A stretch of DNA of 64,000 nt, from positions 2,912,001 through 2,976,000 of the forward strand of contig OZ252239.1 in assembly GCA_965249485.1 (NCBI GenBank). Reading direction: 5' to 3'. The DNA is from a bacterium. Lineage in GTDB: Bacteria; SM23-31. Every line of letters begins with the position of its first letter. The stretch's first letter is position 1. This document shows positions 19,348-29,800 of this stretch, one piece after another. Under the pieces are notes generated by a model that saw only the letters and a program-made list of their open reading frames with translations, had not been told where the DNA came from and searched no databases. Both the position numbers and the translations under genes were made by a program.

Positions 19348-22300
19348 TCAGCAAAATCATTTTACGGATTTTAGTAAAGTTTTGTGTTGTTAGTCTATAT
19401 ATATACATTCCAGACGCTACCGGTTGTCCCTGATCATTTCTACCGTTCCAATCAACTATGTGGGTACCTGCAGTCTGCTGCCGGCTGACCAGTGTCCTAA
19501 CCTTTTGTCCCAGTGCATTATATATTTCGAGTGTCACTATATTGGTCTGAGCAATTTGATATTTTATAGTTGTTACCGGATTAAAGGGATTTGGGTAGTT
19601 CTGAAACAGTTCATACGCTATCGGAAGAGTAACATTTCTCACAGATAGCGGCAGTGAAAACGTTTCTGAAAAATTACCCGCTCTATCCTGTGCCGATACA
19701 CTAAGAACGCTTTTATCGATTATCATATCATCACTATTGAACGTAATGATATATTCATTGTCAGATAGTTGATGAAATTGATTAGTTACAATTTGCCCGT
19801 TCAATAACGTATTAAATGACTCTATTCCACTCTCCGAATCACTAACATTAACTTTAAATTGATATGATTCTGTGCTGAGTGCTTCAATATTCTCTAAAAT
19901 CGGAGGAGATTCATCTACAGCGACAAAATATAACCCGAAATTCCTGATACGTGCAGTAATATGTAATTTTTCCTTATTTGCCGTACTCGCTACATACTCA
20001 GCCTCATTTGAGCCAACCGGCACTGTGTATATCCCCAATTTGTTTTGTGCTGTTCTGCTGTTTGTAAGGGAACCAATATTAAATGTTAATGTTCCGTCTT
20101 CGGAAGCACTCGAAACATTAACATCGCTTCTAACATAATAGCTGATAAGCGGTGCAAATTTCGTATTGAGATTTGCAGGTTTCTGAGTAAACCAGTCATA
20201 ATACTTATTTCTGACATCGGGAATAACAATAACACTTTCATTATTTCGATTTACTTCGGAGGGCAAGAAAATGTTTATATCATTGTCTGTATATGTGAAT
20301 CCCGCAACTTTCGAGAAAACACCTCGAGTAAAAGATGTACTGTCCTTGATTGAACCACCAAAAACATCTGCTGCTTCTGTTACGATTGTAACTTTTCCCG
20401 TCTGATTATCGCTAAACACATAATCTGCTTTCCATATCAATTCATTTCCAATTTTGTGTATATTGAGTGTAAATTTTTCATTATTCACGTCAAGTGTAAC
20501 CGATGGAGTACCAATAAGTGTATCAGTAGCGAATACAACTGCATCGATGTAATCTACCGAAACCGGATTCGGTAATACTTTTAATTCTAAATTTGCCGCT
20601 GAGAGAACAAAAACATCGATCTCGTCGCTTACTTTATTGCCTTCGGGGTCAGTTGCACTGATGACAACATTCCGCTCGACTCCCACATATCCCGGTACGC
20701 TTGTCATGAACAAAATGTGATCTTCTCCTCTTGCAAGATGACCGTCTATCGGAATAATATTGATACTCTCGACTTCCCAAAGTAGTGAATCGTCTTCAGT
20801 ATCTTGATCAAATACGAATTTGTTAAGCTCAAGAGCATCGCTTGTATCACCGGAAACAAAGACAATATCTGGAAGGTGACCAAGAATCGGAACTTTTCCA
20901 AAAGTTACTGTCACTGTCATACCATCACTAGTGGACTGGCTATTAGACGTATTGGTTGCAGTAAATGTAAAGTTGACAGATGACAAAAAACTTTCATTTA
21001 ACACAGAAAATGTAACAACATTTGTATTTTGATTAATTGACACACTAACATTATTATTAGTCGGACTCAATGACCACTGAATATTCTGCCGATCACTCTC
21101 AGGAAAAATTGTAAGGAAGTTATCGAGATCTATGGATTTGGAGTTGTTTTTTGTGATTTCGATATCAGGAATTCCTGTAATAATCGGCACTCCGGGAGTT
21201 ACGAACCGGATCAACACATCTTTTGAATCAATCTTATTTTCCTCGTCAGTAACCGTAAAGGTTATTGTTTCCTCACCGGAAAATGTCGGACTCACCGAAG
21301 AAATTGTCGCGATATGTGGGGCCGTGTTACTGATATTGATTGTTGTGCTACTATTGTTGGTAGCAATCCACTCCATGTTTGTAGGAGAAGTAATATCATC
21401 TTTTACATGATTATCGAGTATCAATGTTGTGTCTGATCCAACCGCTATTGTTATGACATCGGGAAGATCAACAATGAGTGGACGGCCATTATTAAATACC
21501 AGTACCGTTATTGTATCCGCTACAGTATCGTTGGCGGGATCAGTAACAGTAGATATAATCTCTTTTTCTTCATGCGTTCCCGGAGGTACAACAAACTCTG
21601 CATTGTGAATTGGATTATTTGCTCTTACAAACGACGGATCATTGGTTGTCCAAATCAAAGAACCTTTTGGATTATCCTCATCGCTAACAAAATCATCAAG
21701 ATCGACATAGGGGACCGTTGTTTGAATATTCAAAGAAATTATACTTGTATCCGGCAGTGATTGGACAATTTGGGGTGGTTTTGGCCCCACTGTCACCACC
21801 ATTGCATCAAATGTTGCAAATGCCGGGTTATTTTCAAATGCCCTGAACGTTATTGTCTCCGAACCTTGAAAACTCGGATCTATACTCGAAAATGTGAGCC
21901 GCGAATCGGTATCTATAACAATTTTAACTTTTGTTTCACCGGTCCAGGAAAAATTTGTCTGTGCAAGGTTTCCTTCCACATCTGTGGTGAATTCAATTAA
22001 TCGAATATCAGTATTTTCTTCATTGGGGAGAATATGTATGTCAGGCAAACCTGATATTCTGGGTGGATCATTGACCGGTAAAATAACTACATTGACATCA
22101 GTGGAATCTTTTGCACCTTTCGGATCGGTAATTATAAATCGGACTATACCGTTGCCATTAAAATCCTGTGTGCCTTGAAATGTGGCAAAGCGTGTCGCAT
22201 TATCAATGGATAGTAATATGTCGGGATTTGAGGATGTACCGCTCCAGGAAATTGTTGTTGAGTCATCATCAAGGTCGCGTGCTAACGTATCGAGCAAAGA

Positions 22301-23251
22301 GATGAACACTTCATCTTCATTAAAATCTATCACACTGGGTAGTTTTTCGGTAAATTCCGGTTTAAACGTCACTCCAACATTCATGGTGTCGGTGTCTTCC
22401 ACACCAAGAGGATCTCTTATTTTGAAAATATAATCTCGTAAACCGGTAAAACCGGGATCCGCACTTATTGTTACTTGATGAGTCAAAGCATTAATGTCAA
22501 CAGTTACACTGTCCTGTAATCCGCTAACTGACCATATAAGGCTTGACGTATTGTCAGGTGCATCTATTAAAAAATCGTCAAGGTCAAAATGGTTTGGTAA
22601 AACATCACCCGGTTCCATGAGGACATCAGGAATGTTTTTCACATTAACACCGAGAACATTAATTATCACACCCTGTAAAATACCAAATGAATTGTTCGTA
22701 CTATTCGGAAACAGCATCTTTGTGTCTCTGCTAGTGCCTCTATCATCATCAATTGTAACTATGCTGCTCGGCGATGTTCCGATTGCCCTTAATTGAAATC
22801 TGGCCAGTCTACCCGAACCGTTCAGCGTCTGCTGCCCGGACAATGATGCAAATGCGTTGATCTGTATTCCATCTATGTTATTTGGTTCTTCATAAATATT
22901 CCCCTGTGCCGCAGTTAAGGGAGAATAGCTTGCACCCATGAGAAATGGTTGAATACCAATTGTAGGCAGACTCTGATCGATAACCTCAAATACATCCTCA
23001 TCAAATGTCAGGAAAGCAGCAATTCCGGTTACGTCATTTGCGCCAACATTAAACCAAACGTCAATTGCAAAGGTGTCACCGAGTTTCACATCGAAGGAAG
23101 TTATACCCGTTTGGGTGGGATCATTAGCGCCTGTGTTCCCCTTTTGGAGAACAAGGGTAGTCTGAGCATTCGCATTAAAGGGATTAACAAATACGATTGC
23201 CAAAACAACACAGACTATACTCAGCGCTATGCCGGTTCGCAGTACGTTCAT
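19343..23251 (-). CDS. Large secreted adhesin-like protein: N-terminal cohesin-like domain, about 7 cadherin-like/tandem-95 Ig repeats, further Ig-like domains, FlgD-Ig/T9SS-type C-terminal sorting domain
   Basis: Signal peptide (…NANA|QT); VKLGDTFAIDV…LTFDEDVFEV…GSGRLARFQLRA (cohesin-like); repeats beginning I/LPD with DLDDF and TVTD; C-terminus YELFQNYPNPFNPVTTIKYQI…WNGRNDQGQPVASGMYIYRL…KMILLK. Confidence 0.8.
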   Translation of the reverse strand: MNVLRTGIALSIVCVVLAIVFVNPFNANAQTTLVLQKGNTGANDPTQTGITSFDVKLGDTFAIDVWFNVGANDVTGIAAFLTFDEDVFEVIDQSLPTIGIQPFLMGASYSPLTAAQGNIYEEPNNIDGIQINAFASLSGQQTLNGSGRLARFQLRAIGTSPSSIVTIDDDRGTSRDTKMLFPNSTNNSFGILQGVIINVLGVNVKNIPDVLMEPGDVLPNHFDLDDFLIDAPDNTSSLIWSVSGLQDSVTVDINALTHQVTISADPGFTGLRDYIFKIRDPLGVEDTDTMNVGVTFKPEFTEKLPSVIDFNEDEVFISLLDTLARDLDDDSTTISWSGTSSNPDILLSIDNATRFATFQGTQDFNGNGIVRFIITDPKGAKDSTDVNVVILPVNDPPRISGLPDIHILPNEENTDIRLIEFTTDVEGNLAQTNFSWTGETKVKIVIDTDSRLTFSSIDPSFQGSETITFRAFENNPAFATFDAMVVTVGPKPPQIVQSLPDTSIISLNIQTTVPYVDLDDFVSDEDNPKGSLIWTTNDPSFVRANNPIHNAEFVVPPGTHEEKEIISTVTDPANDTVADTITVLVFNNGRPLIVDLPDVITIAVGSDTTLILDNHVKDDITSPTNMEWIATNNSSTTINISNTAPHIATISSVSPTFSGEETITFTVTDEENKIDSKDVLIRFVTPGVPIITGIPDIEITKNNSKSIDLDNFLTIFPESDRQNIQWSLSPTNNNVSVSINQNTNVVTFSVLNESFLSSVNFTFTATNTSNSQSTSDGMTVTVTFGKVPILGHLPDIVFVSGDTSDALELNKFVFDQDTEDDSLLWEVESINIIPIDGHLARGEDHILFMTSVPGYVGVERNVVISATDPEGNKVSDEIDVFVLSAANLELKVLPNPVSVDYIDAVVFATDTLIGTPSVTLDVNNEKFTLNIHKIGNELIWKADYVFSDNQTGKVTIVTEAADVFGGSIKDSTSFTRGVFSKVAGFTYTDNDINIFLPSEVNRNNESVIVIPDVRNKYYDWFTQKPANLNTKFAPLISYYVRSDVNVSSASEDGTLTFNIGSLTNSRTAQNKLGIYTVPVGSNEAEYVASTANKEKLHITARIRNFGLYFVAVDESPPILENIEALSTESYQFKVNVSDSESGIESFNTLLNGQIVTNQFHQLSDNEYIITFNSDDMIIDKSVLSVSAQDRAGNFSETFSLPLSVRNVTLPIAYELFQNYPNPFNPVTTIKYQIAQTNIVTLEIYNALGQKVRTLVSRQQTAGTHIVDWNGRNDQGQPVASGMYIYRLTTQNFTKIRKMILLK

Positions 23252-23322
23252 TGGTTATTGAGTGCTTTCCTTGCTGGTTTCTTCACTATAACCTCGTAAG
23301 GTTATAATTCGAGTTGATTTGG

Positions 23323-23337
23323 GCAAATGGTGTGCCA
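23323..23337 (-). promoter_or_regulatory. Sigma54 promoter of the cohesin/TPR/barrel operon
   Basis: Minus strand TGGCAC-ACCAT-TTGC, about 70 nt upstream of the ATG at 23251. Confidence 0.85.
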
Positions 23338-23512
23338 TAGTAAATTGTACCGTGTATTATACATTACTTTGTCTATAGTTTTTTACTAATCATTCTTGAT
23401 TGGACGTACAATCAAGGTTAGATGTACAATTATTATCATGACTTTTTTATCAAGTTACTCTTATTGCTTTCGATAGAGCTGCACATACTACTTAGATAAT
23501 TTGAATTCACCG

Positions 23513-23548
23513 GGTACATTTTTCCCAATAGTTGTGCGATTATTACCC
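23513..23548. promoter_or_regulatory. Candidate tandem enhancer (bEBP-binding) sites
   Basis: GGTACATTTTTCCC (23513) and TGCGATTATTACCC (23535), 22 bp apart; similar 14-mers lie upstream of other sigma54 promoters at 14680, 32731 and 46969. Confidence 0.4.
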
Positions 23549-23558
23549 CCTTTAAATT

Positions 23559-23725
23559 AAAAAAGCTACAGCCCCCCTCATTATACCTCACACGATTGCC
23601 GCTACAAAAGTTCCGAATTGTCGGACTTTTCTTTGGCGTACCGTAAAGTATTATGAGAAAAACTGTAGCAGTTTTTTGTTCTTACCGAGATTTAGTATCT
23701 ACTATCTACCCGGACTCAACTCCTC
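23559..23725 (-). ncRNA. Candidate structured non-coding RNA (long rod hairpin)
   Basis: 23565-23669 folds on the minus strand as GCUACAGUUUUUCUCAUAAUACUUUAC / GUGAGGUAUAAUGAGGGGGGCUGUAGC with many G-U pairs, apical AAAAGUCCGA-CAAU-UCGGAACUUUU, followed by U6; possible TTAAAC-N17-TACTAT promoter at 23732-23760. Confidence 0.45.
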
Positions 23726-23760
23726 ATGCTTATAGTATCTCACTTACAATTATTGTTTAA

Positions 23761-23800
23761 AATTGAAAAAGCCGCACACTGTGGCGCGGCTTTTTCAATT
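23761..23800 (-). terminator. Intrinsic (bidirectional-looking) terminator of the giant surface-protein gene
   Basis: AATTGAAAAAGCCGC…GCGGCTTTTTCAATT inverted repeat, 13 nt after the stop at 23814. Confidence 0.88.
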
Positions 23801-23813
23801 ATCATTATCATCT

Positions 23814-26800
23814 TTACTTGATTAAGAGCATTCTCTTCGTCTGAGTGAATTCAGGCGTTGTCAAGCGATAGTAGTAAATACCACTCGCAACCGGTCTACC
23901 GAACGAGTTACGGCCATTCCATACAACTTTATGGAATCCGGCAGTCAATTCAGTATTGACCAGTGAAGCTATTTCCTGACCCACAACATTGTATATCTTC
24001 AATGTTATATCCGATGTTCTCGGTAATTCGAACCGGATATTGGTAACAGGATTAAACGGGTTCGGATAGTTCTGTGCTAAGCCGAACTCATCAGGAATCT
24101 GAATGGTATCGCTCAGTCTGGCGATATCAACTTCACTGTTGGCAACCTTCACATTCAGTAGTCTGATATCCGGATGAATATCGTCAGCAAGTGCACGGAA
24201 ATGAACCTCAGTTATGACACCACTGCCCGTGACAAATTTGCCGTTGACACCTAACAGAACATTGATGATTTTTCTTCCTACATTGGCTGCAAGGTCAAAG
24301 AAAATTGTCCTGTTTTCACCCTGTCTGGTCTTCAGGAAATCACCCTCTACAATCGGTTCATTCTCAACAAGTTCAACCTGAGCAGGATCAAAGTCTAAAG
24401 TATAAATATATCCAAAGAGATCGTCAACATTCTCTGCCCATACTGACACAACGAATTCCTGATTGTTCTGAGTAACTTCCGGTACACCTTTGAGAGACAA
24501 GGTTGCAGAACCATTGTCGCCACCGCTTCTCTTATTTCCAATAGGCGGAATACCTTCATTCGAACCAGCTAAGAAGTTGGAACTGGCAATTATGATATCA
24601 ACTCCATCTATTGCTCCATCACCATTGATGTCTCCGTTTGCAAGAACAGCAGGGTCAACTGTACCGCTGTTATTATCAAGAAAGTTGATATCATCTTCAT
24701 CAACACGGTCATCCTGGACACCAGGAGCATCACCGGAAGAAACATCACCACCCTGCAATTCTCCAAGATCGTCAGGAATTGCCGCATTGTTGAATGTCGG
24801 GTTGATACCTACTTGAATATCACCAGGAAAGACTGTAACGCCTGGAAATTGCGATGAGAGATATCCATTTGTCTTGGCAACCAAGTAATAGCTGCCTGTC
24901 GGAACTTTTTTCAACTCAAAGAATCCGTCCACGTCGGTTACAACTTTAATACCGCTGTTTTCCGTACCGATTTCAGCATTACCTGATACAATGGTCTGAT
25001 GATCGATAGGATTCAAACTTTCCGAGCTCTCTCAGCTCTAAAGATATTGTTGCAGCATTATTCGTACGGCTCTGAAGTGGGATACGACCCTGAACTCGTC
25101 CAAGTGGATTATGAATAATACTAATAGCCGGTGAAGTCACTGCGATAGCTCGCGGTACTCCATCTTTGTTCATTGTTGTCGCACTCGTGAACGAAACTGT
25201 TTTTGTAACCGAGTTCGAGGAATCGTTCGCCTGAATTGTTGCGGTAAAGGTTGCAATTGTTTGATCTGACAGACTAACACCTGCACCGCCTACCGCACCA
25301 GCGAACAGGTCCAAATCTACGCTTCTTGTACCATCGCCATTATCAGTTGACGTATTTGTAAATACATTCGCAAACAGACCCTGATCAACAAACGGAGTAT
25401 CATTATTAGCGAGTACCATTACCGTTGTGTCAATATTAAAGTGAACTCCAACAAGATCGATCTGTTCTGTTTTGGTATCAGCTACCACATTAAATGTGAT
25501 AGTTTCACCGGATCAAGCACTAATAATATCAGGAACAAGTCTGAGATCCCATTCGATTGCCGTTCTTTCACGACCAGTGAGTTTAACTTTACCAGCCGCA
25601 ATTATTTTATCAGTATTTGCATTTGTCCAATTGTTGTTTGAACCATCTCTGGTAATGAATGCATAGATAAAATAGTCTCCATTTGTCGACAAACCGTTCA
25701 TATTCTCTACAAACCAATTAAACTCCGTATCAGAGGTTGTCAAATTCTGAACATTGGCTTCGAAGACCGGTTGTACTGTTTATTAACCATGCAAATGTAC
25801 CTTCCACGGCATCAAGATCAGATAAATCGTTCGAAGCAGTATCAAGCTGAGTTGCATACAACCTGATAAACTGCTGCGCATTGTCGAGATCAAACGCATC
25901 GAAGTTCAGCCGGAAGACCTGAACCTGATCGATAACAATTTGTGCCTGAGCAGCGCCGGTGCCTTTACCTGCACCAACACCAAGGTTCACATTGAACCGG
26001 AAATCAGGATCGTGTGTGAACTGTACCTCACCGGGTGCTTTCGATAATACAGTATCTACATTATCGGTAATCAGGGCATAGATTTCATTATCCTGTGCTT
26101 CTGTCGGCACTGTCGAGGCAGTTCTCAGATCCCACACAAACTGGTCAGTTGCACTATTTTCAGTAACTTCAGTGAAACCATTTGTTATATTTATACGTGC
26201 GGTATTTGCTATAAGTGTTGGCCAAGCTGTGTGATTTGATCCGGATGTATCAGCATACAGTGCAATCTTTGCATCCTGATCAATATCTTCGTCACCGGTA
26301 CGTGACCAGTTTATCGTCAAGAGTTGCTGGCTTTTGGAATTTATTTTTGTCAAACCGGAAACCGGTCTATCCAACCCTATAGTCGGGCTGTGTTTGACTT
26401 GAAATTTACTTTGACTGCGTTTTACATCAACATTCTTGCTGTCATCAGCAACAACATAGACAAAAAAGATACCGGCTGTCTCAAATGCAGTTACATTATT
26501 ATCACTATAACGCGTGACAAACTTAAAGGTGAATGTAGAGTCGTTGGCATCGAGACTGGTCGAAATTGGATCATTACCATTCAATTATCCACCTGTGAAA
26601 TCCGTTTCATCAAGATTCGGTTTACTTTCATCAATGAGGAAAACAGATACAGGTACCTGACTTGCAGGATCGTCAACGTCCTTCGCCTCAAATTTCAGGT
26701 CAATTTCTTCGAGATTATTCGAATTCACAACTGTATCTCCATCAGCCGTTTTCGGGAAGATCGAATCAGTCGTAATTTGCGGGAAGTGGCGTACAAATAT

Positions 26801-29800
26801 GCCAGAACTTCTGCTAATTACATTAGGACTGTCTGCAGAAACAATTGTATAGATATAAACCAATTCATTTTCGTAAACGGTCGCAGATCAATATTTCCGC
26901 CAAATGAAGCCGTTACACCTAAAGCACCTGATGTAATAGTTCCATTTTGTGTCTGTCTGATTCCGCCCTGATCTTCATTCATAATGGCGAACGTTGAGTC
27001 AGTATGGGCGTAAAACGACCATGTATCCGTTCCACCGAACGCACCACTGAATGTCAAATCAACTGTGAAATTATGGAAATCCCCAAGTTTATTTGACGTA
27101 TCGGCTAACGCTGTAAACACCGCAGACGAAACAACACCTACCACATCAAAGGTAGTTGATCCTGATATAGTGGGAGTAGACGTCACAGCAACGGTTACCG
27201 ATTGACTCGTTCCCGTGCTTTGCGGAGTTATAGTAAACGTAGCCTTAAAATCATTGGCTTCGGTAAAATCCGTAGTTGCGTCACTTGGGCTAAGTCCTGA
27301 AGCAGTAATTGTTAATGTCGTAGCTGGAGACAACAGTGCTGCTGTTGTCTCCACTCTGTTTAAATAATTATCAACAGGTACTGCTTCGACATTAAACGTT
27401 GCTCCCTGAGCAAGCTCGAACGGCACTCTGATCGTTTTCTTACCTGTTCCGGTCGAATCGCCGGTCTGCTCCACTTCTTCGAAATCTTCAACAATCACGA
27501 CAATACCAGCAATAGTACTATTTGTGACCGGAATATTGTCTGAAGTACCAGAATCTGTCCCATCGGTAACTTTTATGTTCTTCAGAAGACCACTTCTACC
27601 AAGATTCGCTTTTCCATCTGCTGCCTGGAAGAATTTGAGACTATCCGCAGTATCAAAATGTGCTTGAGCGTTACGAGGATCGGCACCTGCGGCACCATCA
27701 GCAGCATCACCTGGATCAAGATCATCAGATGATCCACATACTTCGTCACCTATGAAACGAATTGCTGGTCCATCAGCCGCAGCAGCGCCAGTATGAAGCG
27801 TTATTGTAAGATTGTCATTTTTTGATCCATCAGATATTATGTTATTATTAGCATCCGTGGCAAGTACCAAGGGCATTAAGCCATTAGAAACAATCACTGT
27901 ATCAGGATCATTTAGACTTCCATCTCCGCCCGGATCGTGGCTCTGGCCAGGCAAGAGAATGACATATTTTGAAAATACACCCGCAGTAAACGTTGACCAA
28001 CCCAAATCGGACCTGCCTGCAGTCATTTTATTACCACTGTCATCATAAATTTCTATACTTGTCCTATAATCAACATCGGCAGCAGGTAAATTCGAAAAAT
28101 CAGTTCCGCCAACAGATGTCAAATTATGAGCTGTATTTATTGTTGCACCAGCACCACTTGTTGTAGCTTCAAGCGGATTAGTCAACCTATTGTTTATTAT
28201 TTCAACAGTTAACAAAGAATCACTATTTATAATATTATTCCCAGCTGCAACTGTTAAGGTTACTACTCCCGTATCTGATATTGCACCGGCTCCTGTTTCA
28301 ACAGCATATGACGCAGCTGAAAGCGTTAACGTATCTAATGTACTGGCGGCAATTTCACCGGTCACCAGAAAATCACCCGTACTCAACGCACCAGGTGAAA
28401 AGCTTGGGAAACTATACTCGTATCTTCCAGTACCGAGACCGGCATGTGTTTTTGTTATATCTTGGTCAACCGGAAAACGAAATACAATTTGACCACCCGG
28501 TATCACTACGCCATGTGAAGTGGTGGCATCCCATCCACCTTTAAAATTCGTGGCTGTACCAGAGACACCAGATACTGGGCCACCACCGGTAACATCCTGA
28601 GCAGCTAAATTAAGAGCGTAAGCTACATTGGATGTATCTGTCGCAGCGATACTCTGTACATTCGTCGTTGTAAAAGAAACATCCAAACCGTCTGTACCGT
28701 CAGTCCCGAGAGCCGTTAAGACACCGATAACCAGGAGAGTTTCTTGATACGCGATACCAACAGTACCAGTACCGCCTACAGAATCACCGGCTGCCAATGT
28801 AAACGTAATGACATTGTCTGGCGGAGTATTTGCGGAAACAAGAGATAAGGTTGTAAAACCTGCCGTATCTCCCTTAACCACATAGTTTGTCGCAGTCTCC
28901 GCGACTGTTTCATCAGTATATATTGCACCATCAAATGTAAATACCATTGTAGTGTTTGTAATCGGTGTTCCAACCTGAAACGGTACTTCAAGGGTATCAG
29001 TTGCTGCACCTGCCGTAAAAGTACTACTTTTGTTGAAGATTGGGCCGCCATCAAAAAAGTTAGAGACAACCGCGATTTCTTCTTCCGCAACTATCTCACT
29101 TACACCGTACGTGAAAATAGTGTCATCATTTGCATCAAACGCCCGGACCGTATAGTAATGCGGTATCGTTCCATCACTAGTGGGAAGATATGATTTGCTG
29201 CGAAACGTTAAGCTATCAGGATGAACATTAGTGATCAAAGTGTTACCAAAATATATCTTTAATGTGTCACCGGGACCTGTTCCGGTAAATCCGAGTGTAT
29301 CACCATTATCGATCGTTATTTTTGCTTTACCACCAATATTTGTACCGGTTATATCCGAAGTAGTAATATTAGACCGATTTATTGGCGTAAGCTGACTTGT
29401 AAAAATCGATATATCAGAGCTTGCATCAGATGCACCGGTAAATGTATTTCCAGTATCGAGCTGTACGGTAAAATAGGATCCGGGTGGTATCACACCTGTA
29501 TCCCAGGTCACAATAAGCGTATCGCTCGAAGTTTCTCCGGCAGTGGAATCAGATTTCACAATTTCAAGTGTCCTCAATGTATCGCTTACAGCAATAAGAT
29601 CAACACTGTCCATGGATACTGGTGTAGTTTGCCTATTTGTCCAAAAACTCAGATTGATATCTGTATCAACACCCAAGTTACTCAGCATACCACCACTATG
29701 AGTTGCTTCATTACCTGTACCGCTTATAGTCATTGAAATGAGAGAGTCAGCTGTCAATGTGTCTGTTAAAGCTGGCGCTATCGCCAATGCATTTGAAGCG

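Noticed and set aside
23565..23669. SRP RNA, CsrB-like sRNA or c-di-GMP riboswitch
   Set aside because: No SRP domain IV GGAA-loop motif, no repeated GGA loops and no GEMM consensus visible; kept only as an unknown RNA candidate.
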